Source: Raillietiella orientalis
Lineage: Eukaryota
Assembly: GCA_036172245.1 (NCBI GenBank)
Contig: JAYWIR010000009.1
Span: forward strand, 4,030,001 to 4,094,000
Length of the DNA: 64,000 nt
Reading direction: 5' to 3'
Under the pieces are notes generated by a model. It made no database searches and was not told where the DNA came from. It was given only the letters and a program-made list of their open reading frames with translations. Shown in pieces: positions 47,101-58,656 of this stretch (the first letter of the stretch is position 1; the number at the start of each line of letters is the position of its first letter). The position numbers were made by a program, and so were the translations under genes.

Positions 47101-49392
47101 AACGGGCCCTCACGTGGCTTGCGGTTCCCTGGTCAACGGCAAGAACGCCTCCACAGCTTCCCTTTCACTTCTTTCAGGATGTCCGGGATGAGAACGCACC
47201 AACGGTCACTTTCGTTTTCATTGAGGTTAACAAGAGTGGGGAGTAGCAGCAGCAGCAGCAGCGGTGGTGGTGGTGCTGCTGGCGCTGTAGCCTCCAGACT
47301 CGTCAGTCTGCCAGAAGAAGTGTCCTTTCTTTGCGGGTAAAAAATTTGATGGTCCTCGAAGATTTAATGCAGGAGACAAAAAAAAATAAAATAAAATACA
47401 ATAAAAGAGGAGAGAAAGAAGGGGGGTGGAGCGAAGGTGAGAGAGAAAAGTTCGGTGACTGGCAGCCCTGCGGAGATGAAGAGAGAGAGGGAGAGAGGGT
47501 CCGCAATGCTCCCGGTTGAATGCCATCGAGGTGCGCGTGAGAAATGGCCAGGCTGCCCCATGGGGTGCGGAGGATATCGGGCGCGCGGGACGGGAGGCTC
47601 GCGCGCGCGTGCGTTCGCGCGAGCGGGCGGATTCATGCCGGGATCATTCAATTTGCCGACCCGCGGGACGCGGCGGCAATCGCCTCCTCCTCCTCCTCCT
47701 CGGGCGGAGGGAGATAAAAATCTTCCTTCCTTTCCCTCACCCCCCTAGGGAAGGGTGGGTAGGAGGGTGGGGGGAAGAGGAGAAAAGCGTCGTGCATCGG
47801 AAGGCGAACGCCCAGCTTCTGACGCTTCTCTACCTCTCTACCCGGATGGCGAGAAGAAAAAAAAGGAAAGGCCTAGGAACCACCAGCCCCAGGAGGAACG
47901 ACCCCGAGGTCGCGCTTACCTGCTTGTTCTAGCTGTGTCTCATCTCCTTCCTTGTCCCCCGCTATCTCCCTGGCCTCTCTTCCCTTCCCGAAGAAGGCAT
48001 CCCTCGATTGCGCGGGGAGCAGGGGGAAAGGGGATCATGTGAGCTGACGGTCTTCTCGGGGCAAGTCATCCGCGTGCTTTCTCTCCCTCCCAGGGCCACC
48101 AGGAGCTCCCGCCTTCTCCTTTACCTCCTCTTCACCCCTCCCTTCGCTCGCCAGAGGGCTTCTACCTTTATTTTCGGGGAGGGGGAGGGAGGACTTCGAC
48201 GAGAGGAGGCCGCCGCACTTCCGGTTGTGCCTGTACGCGCGCGCAGCAGGTCTAGGAGACCGTCGCCCATGGTTACGCCGCCCGAGGGGAAGGAGAGCTC
48301 GCTCGATGGACCGGTTCTTCCCAGAGAAGTGGGGAACGCATGCTCGGAGGTGTGCGTGTGGAGGAAGCGATGCAGGGCGCGATGGAAACGTTTGCTGGGA
48401 CGTTTGATCGGGGGGAGAGAGGATGGGAAGAGGAAGGGGAGGGGGCGCGGACCTGCAGGCAGGGGGGGGGGAGGGGATGCTCTCCCTGCTTTGAGGCAGA
48501 GCCGGAGAAGCCGCGCCGACGGCCTTTGCTGATCCACGCAGCTTCCTCCACCTCCGCTTGTCGTAAACTCATAAAAAAAGGAAAAAAAAAGGAAAGAAGG
48601 GAAGAAAAAAAGGTGGGAGAGTGAGAGAGGAGGAGGGAGAACGAAAAGAGAGAGAGAGAGAGGGAGGGAGGGAAGGAGGGAGAGAAGCGTCGCCTTGGCA
48701 ACAGGCTCTTCGCAGCGAATGCTCACGTGGAAATTCATGATCTTCCTCATTAAGCGTTTATTGCGAGGTTGTAAAGATGTCTCCTTATCGACGGCAGTGA
48801 TGGACCATTTGTCTTCGGATCCGGCACACACCGTCGGCGGCCACTGCCCAGCTCCTCCTCTCCTCTTCCCGAGGTCTCTTCCTCCCTCGCTTTCCTTCCC
48901 CCCCCCCTTCCTCCCCTCCTCCCCTCCCTTCCTGTCCACCGACGCGGGAATGCCGACCCGATCAGGAGGAACGGAGGAAGCTGCGACCGGGAAAGGGAGG
49001 GAGGGGTCGAGGGCATTCCTCCCTCGGCGGGGACGACGGCGAGGTCCGCGACGGACGAGGTGGAAGGGAACGCCCTGGGGCACACCCCGGCCGTTCTTCA
49101 GGGCGACGAAGGGCCTGGTCTGTATCGGCGCCGCCCCTCGGGGGGTCCGGGCTGCCCTCGAACAGGGGAGTAGAGGAAAGGGGAGGATTCTGTCAGCCTC
49201 TTTGCTCCACCGCCGCTGCTGCTGCTCCTGAGGAAACCTTGGATAGAAAGGGGGCGGGGAATCCACACACCCACCACACCGGGTGGGACGCGACGCCACT
49301 CCCTTCTCCTCTCCCCTTCCCCCCCGCCCAACACCACCACCCTCTCCCCTCGATTCCGAGGAGGGGGCGACCGACAGATAGATTCGCTTCCT

Positions 49393-49398
49393 TTTATT
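49393..49398 (-). other. Candidate polyadenylation signal (AATAAA) of the GATA transcript
   Basis: TTTATT on the + strand about 630 nt past the stop; alternatives at 48757 and 48167. No transcript evidence. Confidence 0.25.
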
Positions 49399-50028
49399 GG
49401 TTCAGGGTTTCGTTCTATTCCGGAAGAAAAAATAAATAGAATTTTCTCTTCTTCTCGCGTCTGTGAGATCATCCGTTCGCTGGCGGGTCCGTTGCGGAAG
49501 AGGGGAATGGGGCGGGGCGGGGTAGGGGCGGGGGAGGAGCTTTCTCTGTCTTTCCCTCTTTCTCTCTCTCTCAGCCGCCTCTGCCGCCGCAGGCTTTCTC
49601 CCCTCATCTTCCGTGGTCCTCGCGGTCAGCTGTGTACACGCGGGGAGGGGGCGGACGGGTGGGTGGGCTTCTTCCTCGCCGGGGGGAAGGAGGGGGGGAG
49701 GATCACGGAGGGAGGAGCGGGCGGCGAAAAAGAGAACATGGGGGAACGGGGAGCCGCCGCTGCGGCTGTTGCTTCTGGGGCGGAGGAATGGGAGTCCTTC
49801 CTCCACCATTGCCTCCGGACGCCGCAACTCTCTCAGGAGGAGAATCGGAGAGGGTAGGGGGTTAAAGTGGGGGAAAAAGAAACGGGTCGGGGAGGGGGAA
49901 GGGGTGGAGGCGTAAAGGGAAGAGGGCACGAGACGATCGGCGAAAGGTCGTCAGCGGTGGCGCGCCTGACCTTTTCTTCCGGCCTTGGGCAGCCGGCTCC
50001 CGGTCTTCCTCCCGCACCTGCGCGCGCG

Positions 50029-50502
50029 TTAGCTGTAGTCCATCCTCCAGCCTGTCTGGAAGGGAGGAGGGCGCGGCGGCCGCGCTAGGGGGAGCTCCCT
50101 CGAAAGGTCTCCTACCACGTGGGTGGACGAAGGTAGGGGGAACCCGTTGGCGGCGGCTGCGGCGGCTGCGGCTGCAGCGGCGTTCAGGGAAGAGGGCGAG
50201 GCGGCGAATCCCAACCCACCGATGGAGTTCATGTGGACCGTGGACGAGGCGGCGGCGGCGAACGTCTGCGGGGGGTGGTGGATGTTGGCGTTGTACATGT
50301 AGTGGGCCACGGGGGCGCACCCGAAACCCGCGGAGGACGGGTTGAAGTTGGCGGCCGCAGCGAACGCCACCGCCGCTTTCGAGTCCAGCGGGGCGATGAC
50401 GTCGCTCAGGCAGATTCCGTGCTTCCTCTTCCGGGACTTAGAGGAGAGCTTCCTGTTTCTCGTCTGGATGCCGTCCTTCTTCATGGTCAGCGGCCTGTTG
50501 AT
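50029..50502 (-). CDS. grn: GATA last coding exon: basic tail/NLS ([27 protein letters not shown]), Ala-rich C-terminus with poly-Ala, TAA stop
   Basis: Acceptor ctcttgcag|ATCAAC; 474 nt to TAA at 50031-50029. The 5' part is highly conserved; the exact C-terminal end is less certain. Confidence 0.88.
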   Translation of the reverse strand: MNRPLTMKKDGIQTRNRKLSSKSRKRKHGICLSDVIAPLDSKAAVAFAAAANFNPSSAGFGCAPVAHYMYNANIHHPPQTFAAAASSTVHMNSIGGLGFAASPSSLNAAAAAAAAAAANGFPLPSSTHVVGDLSRELPLARPPRPPPFQTGWRMDYS

Positions 50503-53500
50503 CTGCAAGAGAGGAGCGCGTGAGAGCTTCGCGGAAGATGCGGGAGGGATATGATGCGACGTGTGAGCGCCCCCGCCCTGAGATGGCGACCGAGATGGGG
50601 GAGTCTGCCACAGTCTCGGCCACCACCTCCCCCCGGAGCAAACTCTCCTTCTTCCCGCCCCCTCACGCGAGCCCCGCCGGAGATCTCCTCGGTCATCACC
50701 CGGACCGATCCTGATAGGGAGGCTTCTTCGTTGGATCGAGACTGAGCCATCCCTCCCAGGGGATGGGGAGAGGCGCAGCCGCACGCGGAGTTGTCTCTCT
50801 CGTGGAGGCAGGAACTCGTGGAGGTGCCAGGGAGGAAGAGGGAGGACCCATAGTGATGTCCTTCCCTTTCTCAGCGGCGACTCCCTCTCCGGATGAAGTG
50901 GGATAGGAAGAAGGCTAGTCCCTTCGCCGCCGTAGGCACACGCGGGAACTCGGCCTGTCTCCCTTGTCGCTTCCCCCTCCGCTGCCGCGCGTCTTCGTCC
51001 GTCTGCTCTCCTGGATCCCCCCGGGAGTCCAGCCCGAAATGGCTCCCTTCCAGGCATGCGGATCGAATGTCCTCTTCTCCCTGCTCCGAACGCTTCCTTG
51101 CCCTTCCCACTGCCCTGCCTACTGGAGAGGTACCCTCCTCTTCTGGGGGGATGTGCTGCTGAGGGGGAAAGGAGGTCAGGGCAGCACGTTGCGACCCCTA
51201 CCGTCGATGCCCGGCGTCCATCTGGGGGAGGCATTGCAGCGGTGGAGGCAACAAGCTGCGAGACCGACCGCTCTCCGCCCGGAAAAGCCCTTAGGCCCCG
51301 CTGCGGGTCGCCCAGGAACGCCTCCTCCCTTCCTCACCTCTTCCCTGTCCTCCTAGGGCTTTCCTGGGGGGAGAGAAAGCGCAGGGAAGGAGAGCATCCT
51401 TCTCGTTTCCTCCAGTCTCCCTCCTCCTCCCTGATCTGGCTCGGGTTGAGGATCGGGAAAAGAGACAGGAAAAGGGGGAGAAGAAAGGTCGAGGCGTTTC
51501 CGCCGCGATGCTAGGGTCCTCGGGGAGAATGGAAGGGGAGGAAGGTGACCTGACGGCGCGCGCGCTAGCTTGAGGTGCAAAGAGAATGCCAAGACGGGTT
51601 GCTAAGGAAGAGGAATTTTCAGAGAGGTGGAAGTGTGGGATCTTGGGAAAAGCGGGGGGGGGGGGGGGGAAAGGGAGGGGAAGGGAGGAACGCTGATTTC
51701 ACGCGAATGAGCGCACGCACTACTCGGGAGAGAGTGCGAGCGAAAGAGGCGCACGACGGGGTCACATGGTCGAAACGCGTGATCCTCCCTCCCCCTCCCT
51801 CCCCGCTCCATCCTACAGGTTTCTGCACCTTCAAGGGGGAAGGGGAAGGGAGAGAGAGGGTGGAGGGGGATTGAGAGCTGGTGGAACGAGCTGCTTTCCT
51901 CTTCCTGCCGTCTCCTCCCGTCCTGCCACCCTCCCTCAGTTTCCTGGTCACCAGAGCTCCTCCTTTTTGCCATCTCTAGACGACGGGGGAGCGAAAAGGA
52001 ACGCTCGTTCTACGGAGGGACGACCGAGTAGTAGGCAGAGGGGAGGAGAGGAAGGAGGCGCAAGCCCGACCAGTCGCGAAACTTCGAGGTCAGGGAGTAT
52101 CCAGCATGGCGTTGCCTGGAGGAGAGATGGGCACCTCGCGAGCAAGGAGGATGGACGTCGCGAGTGATTCCTCACAAAAAGGATGATCTGATGCCGTGTA
52201 CACGTGTGGGAAGGAGGGAGGAAGGGGGAGAAAAGAGAGTGAAAGAGAAGAATGAAGGGGAAGGAGGGAAACGGGAGGCAAAAAAGGGAAGAGGATTGGG
52301 GGAGGGGGAAGAAGAGGAGGAGGAGGAGGAAAGAGCGGATGAGAGAGGAATGGCGGCGTAAAGCGCGCGCTCTTCTGCTGGCTATCCGCTGTGGTTGCTT
52401 TTGGAAGCTGCTCCAGCGTGAGGTGACCTCGGATGGCTGTTCCACGTCCTTCGCATCCCACCTGCTGCCGTGATCCCTCCGTCCTTTCCCTCCCGGCCCC
52501 TTCGACTTCGTCGCACATGCTCCCCAAGCACCTAGAGCAAGGGTTGCTTTCCCTCTTCCCCAGCTTCCCTGGAGTGTGGCCGCTGCCGCCTGAGAGCGCC
52601 GGTCCGTTGCCATGGTTGCAGGAGGCCGGTCGCGGGCCCGACGGCCATCACCGCCGCCGTTCCCTCCCCCTCCGGAAGGACAGCGCACATCCCCGGAGCA
52701 TCCCCTCCTTCTTTTCCTCCCCTCTCCCCACGAGCGCTTATTAACACGCGGAAGCAAACCCGCTGCTCCCTTCGACTCCTGGATGCGCTACATTTCCTTC
52801 CCCGGAAGAGCGAGCGCCCCTCCCGGGAACCCGGAGGGAGGAAGAGCGGGAGGAGAAAGGAAAAGCGGCGGCGGCAGAGCGAAAAAGGCGAGCGCCTCAC
52901 CCAAGCGTGACCCGAAGCCCGCGGCCTCGTCCCGAGGCGGGAAGGGAGGAGCGGAGGTTGGACGCGGCGGCGGGGGCTTTGGGACCCCGCCGGGACGCGC
53001 GGAGGAAGGAAGGAAGGAAGAGAGGAAGGAAGGAAGGAGGAGGAGGAAGGGGGAAAAAAATGGAACGCTCTAGCTTCCTTCCCCCCTCTCCTTCCCCTTA
53101 CCCCTCCTCCTCTTCCTTTCCCTCTTGCCTGCGCCGCGGCATCGTCTTCTTGCAGGAACTGGATGCCGGCGGTTGCCTCCCCCTTCCTTTCCACGACGCT
53201 TCTGCAGCGGCGGCGTCTCCACGGAGACGAAAGCCACTTCTCCAACCTCCCCTTCCCCCCCTCTCCCGCCCTCGCTCGCTCGTTGACCTTCCGAGCTGGC
53301 GGAAAACCGGACGCCCTTCGGACGCGTCAGAGTGCTTCTCCTTCTTCCCTGACCTTCCTCTCTCCCTCCTGCTCCATTTCCTTGCCATTCACACCCTTTT
53401 ACCCGCCTCGGGGTTCCACCCCGGAGGAATAAAGGGGATCCCCGGGGGTGTCCTTACGTTGTGCAGCTTGAAGTAGAGCCCGCAGGCGTTGCAGACGGGC

Positions 53501-56500
53501 TCTCCATTGTGGTTCCTCCTCCACAGCGTTGTGGTCGACGTCTTGCAGTTCGCACAGATCGTCCCGGCCCTCCTCGTGGTGGACTGCAAAGTGGAGACGT
53601 GCATAACAATGGCGGAACAAGAGGGGTGGGATGGGTTGAGAGGAGAAGGAGGAGAAAGGAAGCCGTGGAAATAACGACTGAGGCCAGAGAGTCGAGCCCA
53701 CTGTCCGGGACGGAATGACACCTGGAGATGATCCCGCGTGGGTAAAAGAAAGCCACCCGGGGATAGGCAAGAAAAGGGCACGAGGGTGAAAGGAGGAGGG
53801 AGAGGAGGAAAAATTCCCTGCCCCTTCGCCTTCTGCCGCGAGCGTGCGTCGGCGCCTTCGAGCAACCCGAAGGGTCCTGGAGTCCCGGGTGCCTTTCTTC
53901 CCACCTGGAGTAGGTGGGAAGAGGCCGTCGCTGATACGCATCTCTGGAGGAGGACAAAAAGCTTGAAGAGGCCGGATGCCCAGGGGTGAGTCGCGGCCAC
54001 CCTTTGCCTCCTAAGAGCAGGGACGGCGTGGACGGACGCCCCTGGAAGGACGCGCTACTCCTCCTTCCCGGCAGCGGCAACCACCTACGCTCCTTCCTCT
54101 CCCCCTCCTCTTTTTCCCTACTCGGAGAGCACCCATACGGGAACGCCGAAGCGCGTGCGTCCCGGAATCGGGGGAATCTCTGGGCGCGGTCGTCGTCCGC
54201 GGGGCGCGCGTCCGTCGCTCATCCACCGCGCGCTTCCCCCGATTTTCGGAGAGGTCGCGCTTATCGTTCCTTCGCACAAGGAAGACGAGCTAGCGTGCAC
54301 GACCTATTCCCTCCCCCCCTTCCCTCCGAACAGACGAGACCGTCCCCCCACTCAGTCGCATCCTGGCAGGAGGAGCAGAAGGAGGAGGAGGCAGGGACGT
54401 CCGGTTCGAGCAGAGGGAGGACTGGAGTGGGAAGCGGAACAGTTCGGCGCCCTCTTCCCACCTGGCTTTTTTGCCCGCCCGTCTCCGTGTCGGAGGAGCC
54501 GGAGGGGGAGCCTGGCAAAGGGCTTCGGCGAAGGGGGGATCGTGTCCGTGATGCAGCAGCATCTGCAGCAGCTCCACGGTCACGCCGGCGGGGAGTCTCT
54601 CGTCTCGGTCCTCCACTCCTTCCCGCTCCCTGGAAGTCGCCACCTGCGCGCCCCACAGTTCGGGAGGGGTGGCGGTGGTGGGGGAAAGGGGAGGAGACTT
54701 GTAGCAGGAGGTCGGCACGCGGCTGCGCCGGCGCCGGTTGCGTCACTTTTCGTCCTTCGAGCTGTCGTTCCGGGCTTGGAGGTAGGGACGGAAAGGAGGA
54801 GGACTGAGAGGAAGAGGAGGACATCTTCCAGGCTGCTCGCTCGCGCGGGCGCCGCTTGTTTTTCCCCCCGTTTTTCTTTTTTTTTTTTTTTTCTTTTTCT
54901 TTCTCTCCTCCTCCTCCTCCTCCTTTCCTTTTTTTCTTCTTCCTTTCCTCCCTTTCGGCTTTCCCTCCTCCTCCTCCTCATCTCCTTCCTCTCCTTCGTT
55001 TTCCTTTTTACGAGCGGAGAATTTCGACGGCAAATCAATTGCGTTATCTCCCGCTTTGTTTCCGGGCTCGTTAAAGGATCGGGACGCCATCAGCGACGTC
55101 AATTAAGGCAGCTCCTGTCAGTTTTATGAATGTCACTTCCATTCCGGAGAGCGTGGCGCTGTCCACCCCCTCCCCCCCTCCTCATCCGCGGCACCCCCTC
55201 CTCCCCCTCACCCCTCCATCTCCCTCGCCCCGAGAGGGAACCACGGCGCGCGCCCCCTCTCCTCCGTCAGGTGTTTTCCCATCGACCGGCGGCGGCAGGT
55301 CCGGCGCCCCCTTTGTGCGGGCGTCCCCACGTCGCCTTTAATTGCCCACCCCCGTCCCCGTGGAAACGCGCGCGCGGCGAGGCGCTCTCTCGCTAGCCCG
55401 GAGATTGCCTGCCTGGCAGGCGGGGGCGGGAGGAGGGAGGAAGGGAGAAGGAGGGGAGGGAGGGAGGGATTTCTGTTGCTGCGTTCGCGGCTCCTCCGCG
55501 CGCGCGTCCCTCCCACAGATCCTCCTCTCCCCCCCTTCACTACGTCCCGTCCACCTCCTTCCTCTCTGCACGCCGTCCACGATCCGAAAAGGACAAGGAT
55601 GGCGAAGTGAGACGGAGCGAGGAGGGCCAGGACGCAGTTGAAGGGGGGTGGAGGGAGTAGCAGCCCCAGCTCTCGCTCGTTCGCTCGCTCACGCACCGAG
55701 AGAGGAAGCGCTCATCGGCGAGATTTATGGCCCACCTTTCAAAATTTCGCGACGGCGCCAGAAAGAAAAAAAAAAAAAAAAATGGAGAAAAGAAGAGGAG
55801 GAAGAAGAGGAAGGGAAGAAGACGACGGCGACGGCGACAACGACGACGACGACGACGACGACGACGAGGAGGAGGAGGAGGGGAGGAGGAGGAGGCTGGA
55901 AAGGAGCAAGAAGAAGAAAAAAAAAAAAAAGGCTCGAAGGCAGCAGGATTTATGGACGTGGCTTCCAGTAGCGTGCGAGAACCCCGGCGCTGTGACAGCG
56001 CTCTTCGGTGCGCAGGAGTCGCCCTGGATACGCGGAGATGGGGGCGGGGACGCCGTCGCGAGGGGAAAACGCCTCCCGGACCCCACACGTCCTTATTCCC
56101 CGCGCGCGCGCGAGGAGGGGGAGGAGGGGGACTCCCGGGAGTGAGGAAAGCCGAAGTGCCAGCCCACGGCGGTGTCGTCTCGGAAGAAAAAAGCAAGGAG
56201 GCAAAGGGTTCAGCCAGCATCCTCGCATCCTCCCCCCTTTTCCCCGCATCTCGATTTCCTCGCAAAGGAAGCGGGGATTCTTGTAGGACGCCGCCCGCCT
56301 CCTCTTTCCTTCTCTCCCGCAGGAATCCTGGGTCGCCTTCAGCTATGGGCAGGACCTCAGAGCGTGGTCGCAACAGCATCTCGTGCGCCTCGGCCTCGGG
56401 GATGGCAGCGGACACTTCCTTTCGCGTGCATCGACTGGGATGCGGTGCGTAGGAGGGGGGGGGGAGGAGAGAGCTCAGAGGCACGAAGCAACACCTCATC

Positions 56501-58656
56501 CTCCTCCCCACCACTACTCAGGAGGGAGACCCCCTGCCACCCTACTGGAAGAGAGCTGTTCTTCGCCTTCCTTCCCTCCGAATTTTCTCTCTCGCGGAGG
56601 GCATAGCCGACTGATGCTCCAGCGCGGGCTTGCTACCCGCACCGCGGGCCTACCAGGGGCGTCCCATTCCTTCAGCAGGAAGCAGGGCGCGAGCGATCCG
56701 GAAACAGCGGGTGGCAGACGCGGCCCGGGATGCGCGGTCATCGGGGCGTGGCGGAGGGAAGGGTGCGAGGAAGGGTTGTCAGGGGTGGCTGCGTGAAGGA
56801 GAAGGGAAATGGAAAGGGGGGGGGGGGCGGGAAGATGGCGCTGCTGCTACGTTACCAGTCTCCTCTTTGGCTTGATGAGTGGTCGATTCTGGCCGTTCAT
56901 CTTGTGGTACAACCCGCACGCGTTGCACAGGTAATGCCCGGTGCCATCTCTTCGCCACAGGGGTGTCGAGGTCGCTCCGCAGTTCACGCACTCCCTCCCT
57001 TCTGCAAGAGGAAACATCTTTGAGCTTGGTTTCCTTGAGGTGAGGGCGGAGGCGGCGGCGCCGTCGCCAGCGCACTCGTCCCCCGCTGCCGCGCCAGGGC
57101 TCTTCCCTCCCTCCCCCCCACGCGGTGAAGGCAGCGTGCGCCTTCCCGAACAGGCAGCCCGGCTTCACGGGCGGCCCCCACCGGATACCGTTGGCGAGAA
57201 AGGACCGCACTGAGGTGGATCGAGCGTTCCCTGGGCGCAAGCGAAGAAAGAAGGGGAATCCCTGGCGCAGCTCTCGCTTGCAGCCTCCGGGATGGCTGAA
57301 GAATGGATTGAGCCAGGACTTCCCTCTTCCTCGATTTGGCGTTTCGGGAAGGCGAGACCTCAGGAGCGCCTTGAGCTCTCCGGAGTTGGAATCTAGGGAT
57401 GCCGAATCCTTCACCTACTCTGAAGGGGCCGGACCTCATCGGAGGGCCCCCCGACAGCTGCGAAGGTTTCGGGTTTGCGGCTGCTTGGGGGTGGGGGTGG
57501 GGATCCCGCCATTTCCGGAACGCAACAGTGGGAGCAGAGATCACCGAAGGCGACAGGAGGAGCGAAGCGTCACGAGGGACGCTTGTTCCCCGTCGACATA
57601 CGAAAACAGCAGCCGAAACGGATTGCTCTCCCCCTTTTCTACTGCGTTTCGGGAACATCCCGAAGATCTCCACATGTGCCGGGTCACCGAGTGCGAGAGT
57701 AAGACATAAGTAATGGGAGGGGGAGGGAAAGCGAAGACTCCTCGAGAAACGTCCGCACCGACAAGAGAGAGACAGGGAGAGGGGGAAGGGGGGAATGCGT
57801 GGACTGGGATGAGGAAAGGTGTGCGAGCAGTTCCGGATGATGTAGGGGAAGGGGGAAAGAGGGGTAAGGCACAGGCGCGTGGCCACTCCCGGATGATGCG
57901 CGGCGTTCCCGGCCACGCCGGCACGCTCGGGTCGATAGCGTGGACTGTGTCCCGCTTCCCCCGTCACCGGACGGGACGACCGGAAGCGCGTGCGTAGCGA
58001 GGCCGCAAGCACCGGCATGCGTGCGCTCCCGACTTACTGGAGCCCACCCTCCGCCTTTCGGCGTCGCCGCTGGAGGGAAGTGGGCGCTCGCCCGGGGACA
58101 GGGGCACGCAGGTGGCCGAGTCTCGCTCTCGCTCCCCCCCCCTTGTCCGTCTGCCCCGCGGTCGCTCCCGCGTCGCCTTCCCCGCGCGCAATCCACGGGT
58201 GCTCACGGGGGCGCGGAGGGGAGTCCCTACCTTCTCTCAACTTGGTGGATGATAGGGAGGAGTGCACGGGTGCGCCGCTGTCCGCGGAGGACTTCATCTC
58301 GTTCTGCTGCTGCTGGCAAAGAGCCAAACCGGGCTTGACGTCGATCGAAGGGATGCTGCTGCCGCCGCCGCAGTCCATCAGCATGTTCAGGTTGCTGGAC
58401 CCGGAGCCACAACCGCCGTACTCCTGCATGGAAGAGTTTACGTTGTCGGGTGTGGCGTCCTTCGGAGGCGTGGGAGGAAAACTGAAGATGTAGGGACTAG
58501 TATGGGCTAGGGAGGAGGACCCGGACGCCAGGTTCTTGTTCGTGGGCAGCGTGGAGCACCAGGAGGAACCATGCTGCCTCGTCTCGGAGGATATCCAGGA
58601 GTGCAGGGAGCTCTGGTAGTGAGGGATGCACATTTGGGACGAGGACATCCTGGATG
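50029..58656 (-). CDS. grn: GATA1/2/3-class two-zinc-finger transcription factor (grain / GATA-binding factor C / GATA2-GATA3-like); spliced CDS join(58656-58231, 57001-56856, 53583-53458, 50502-50029), probably 5'-incomplete
   Basis: Four exons join in frame (phases 1,0,0) through GT-AG junctions. They encode SQMCx[12 protein letters not shown], the N-finger [45 protein letters not shown], the C-finger [33 protein letters not shown] and the basic tail [34 protein letters not shown] and TRNRK are diagnostic of GATA1/2/3 rather than GATA4/5/6. The product is 387 aa counted from the ATG at 58648. Confidence 0.95.
53458..53583 (-). CDS. grn: GATA exon: C-terminal zinc finger ([13 protein letters not shown]...FKLHN)
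   Basis: Acceptor tttgcag|TCCACC, donor CACAAC|gtaagg; 126 nt = 42 codons; canonical GATA C-finger. Confidence 0.97.
55762..55930. repeat. Intronic compound poly-A/(GAC)n/(GAG)n repeat
   Basis: Read directly; lies in the intron between the two zinc-finger exons. Confidence 0.85.
56856..57001 (-). CDS. grn: GATA exon: N-terminal zinc finger (EGRECVNC...KPKRRL)
   Basis: Acceptor ctcttgcag|AAGGG (phase 1), donor AGACTG|gtaacg; 146 nt; C-X2-C-X17-C-X2-C finger. It is absent from the ORF track because it has no start codon. Confidence 0.97.
58231..58656 (-). CDS. grn: GATA exon: N-terminal activation region ([20 protein letters not shown]...[16 protein letters not shown]...KLRE)
   Basis: Long T-rich polypyrimidine tract then ttccag|CATCC acceptor; donor GAAG|gtaggg at 58231/58230. 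Motifs match the GATA2/3 SQxCRPH and [15 protein letters not shown] blocks. Confidence 0.9.

Noticed and set aside
50503..51234. Upstream part of the 401 aa ORF as coding sequence
   Set aside because: GATA similarity starts exactly at the acceptor at 50502; the rest is intron read-through.
53584..54000. Upstream part of the 203 aa ORF containing the C-finger
   Set aside because: Intronic: homology begins at the tttgcag acceptor (53583).
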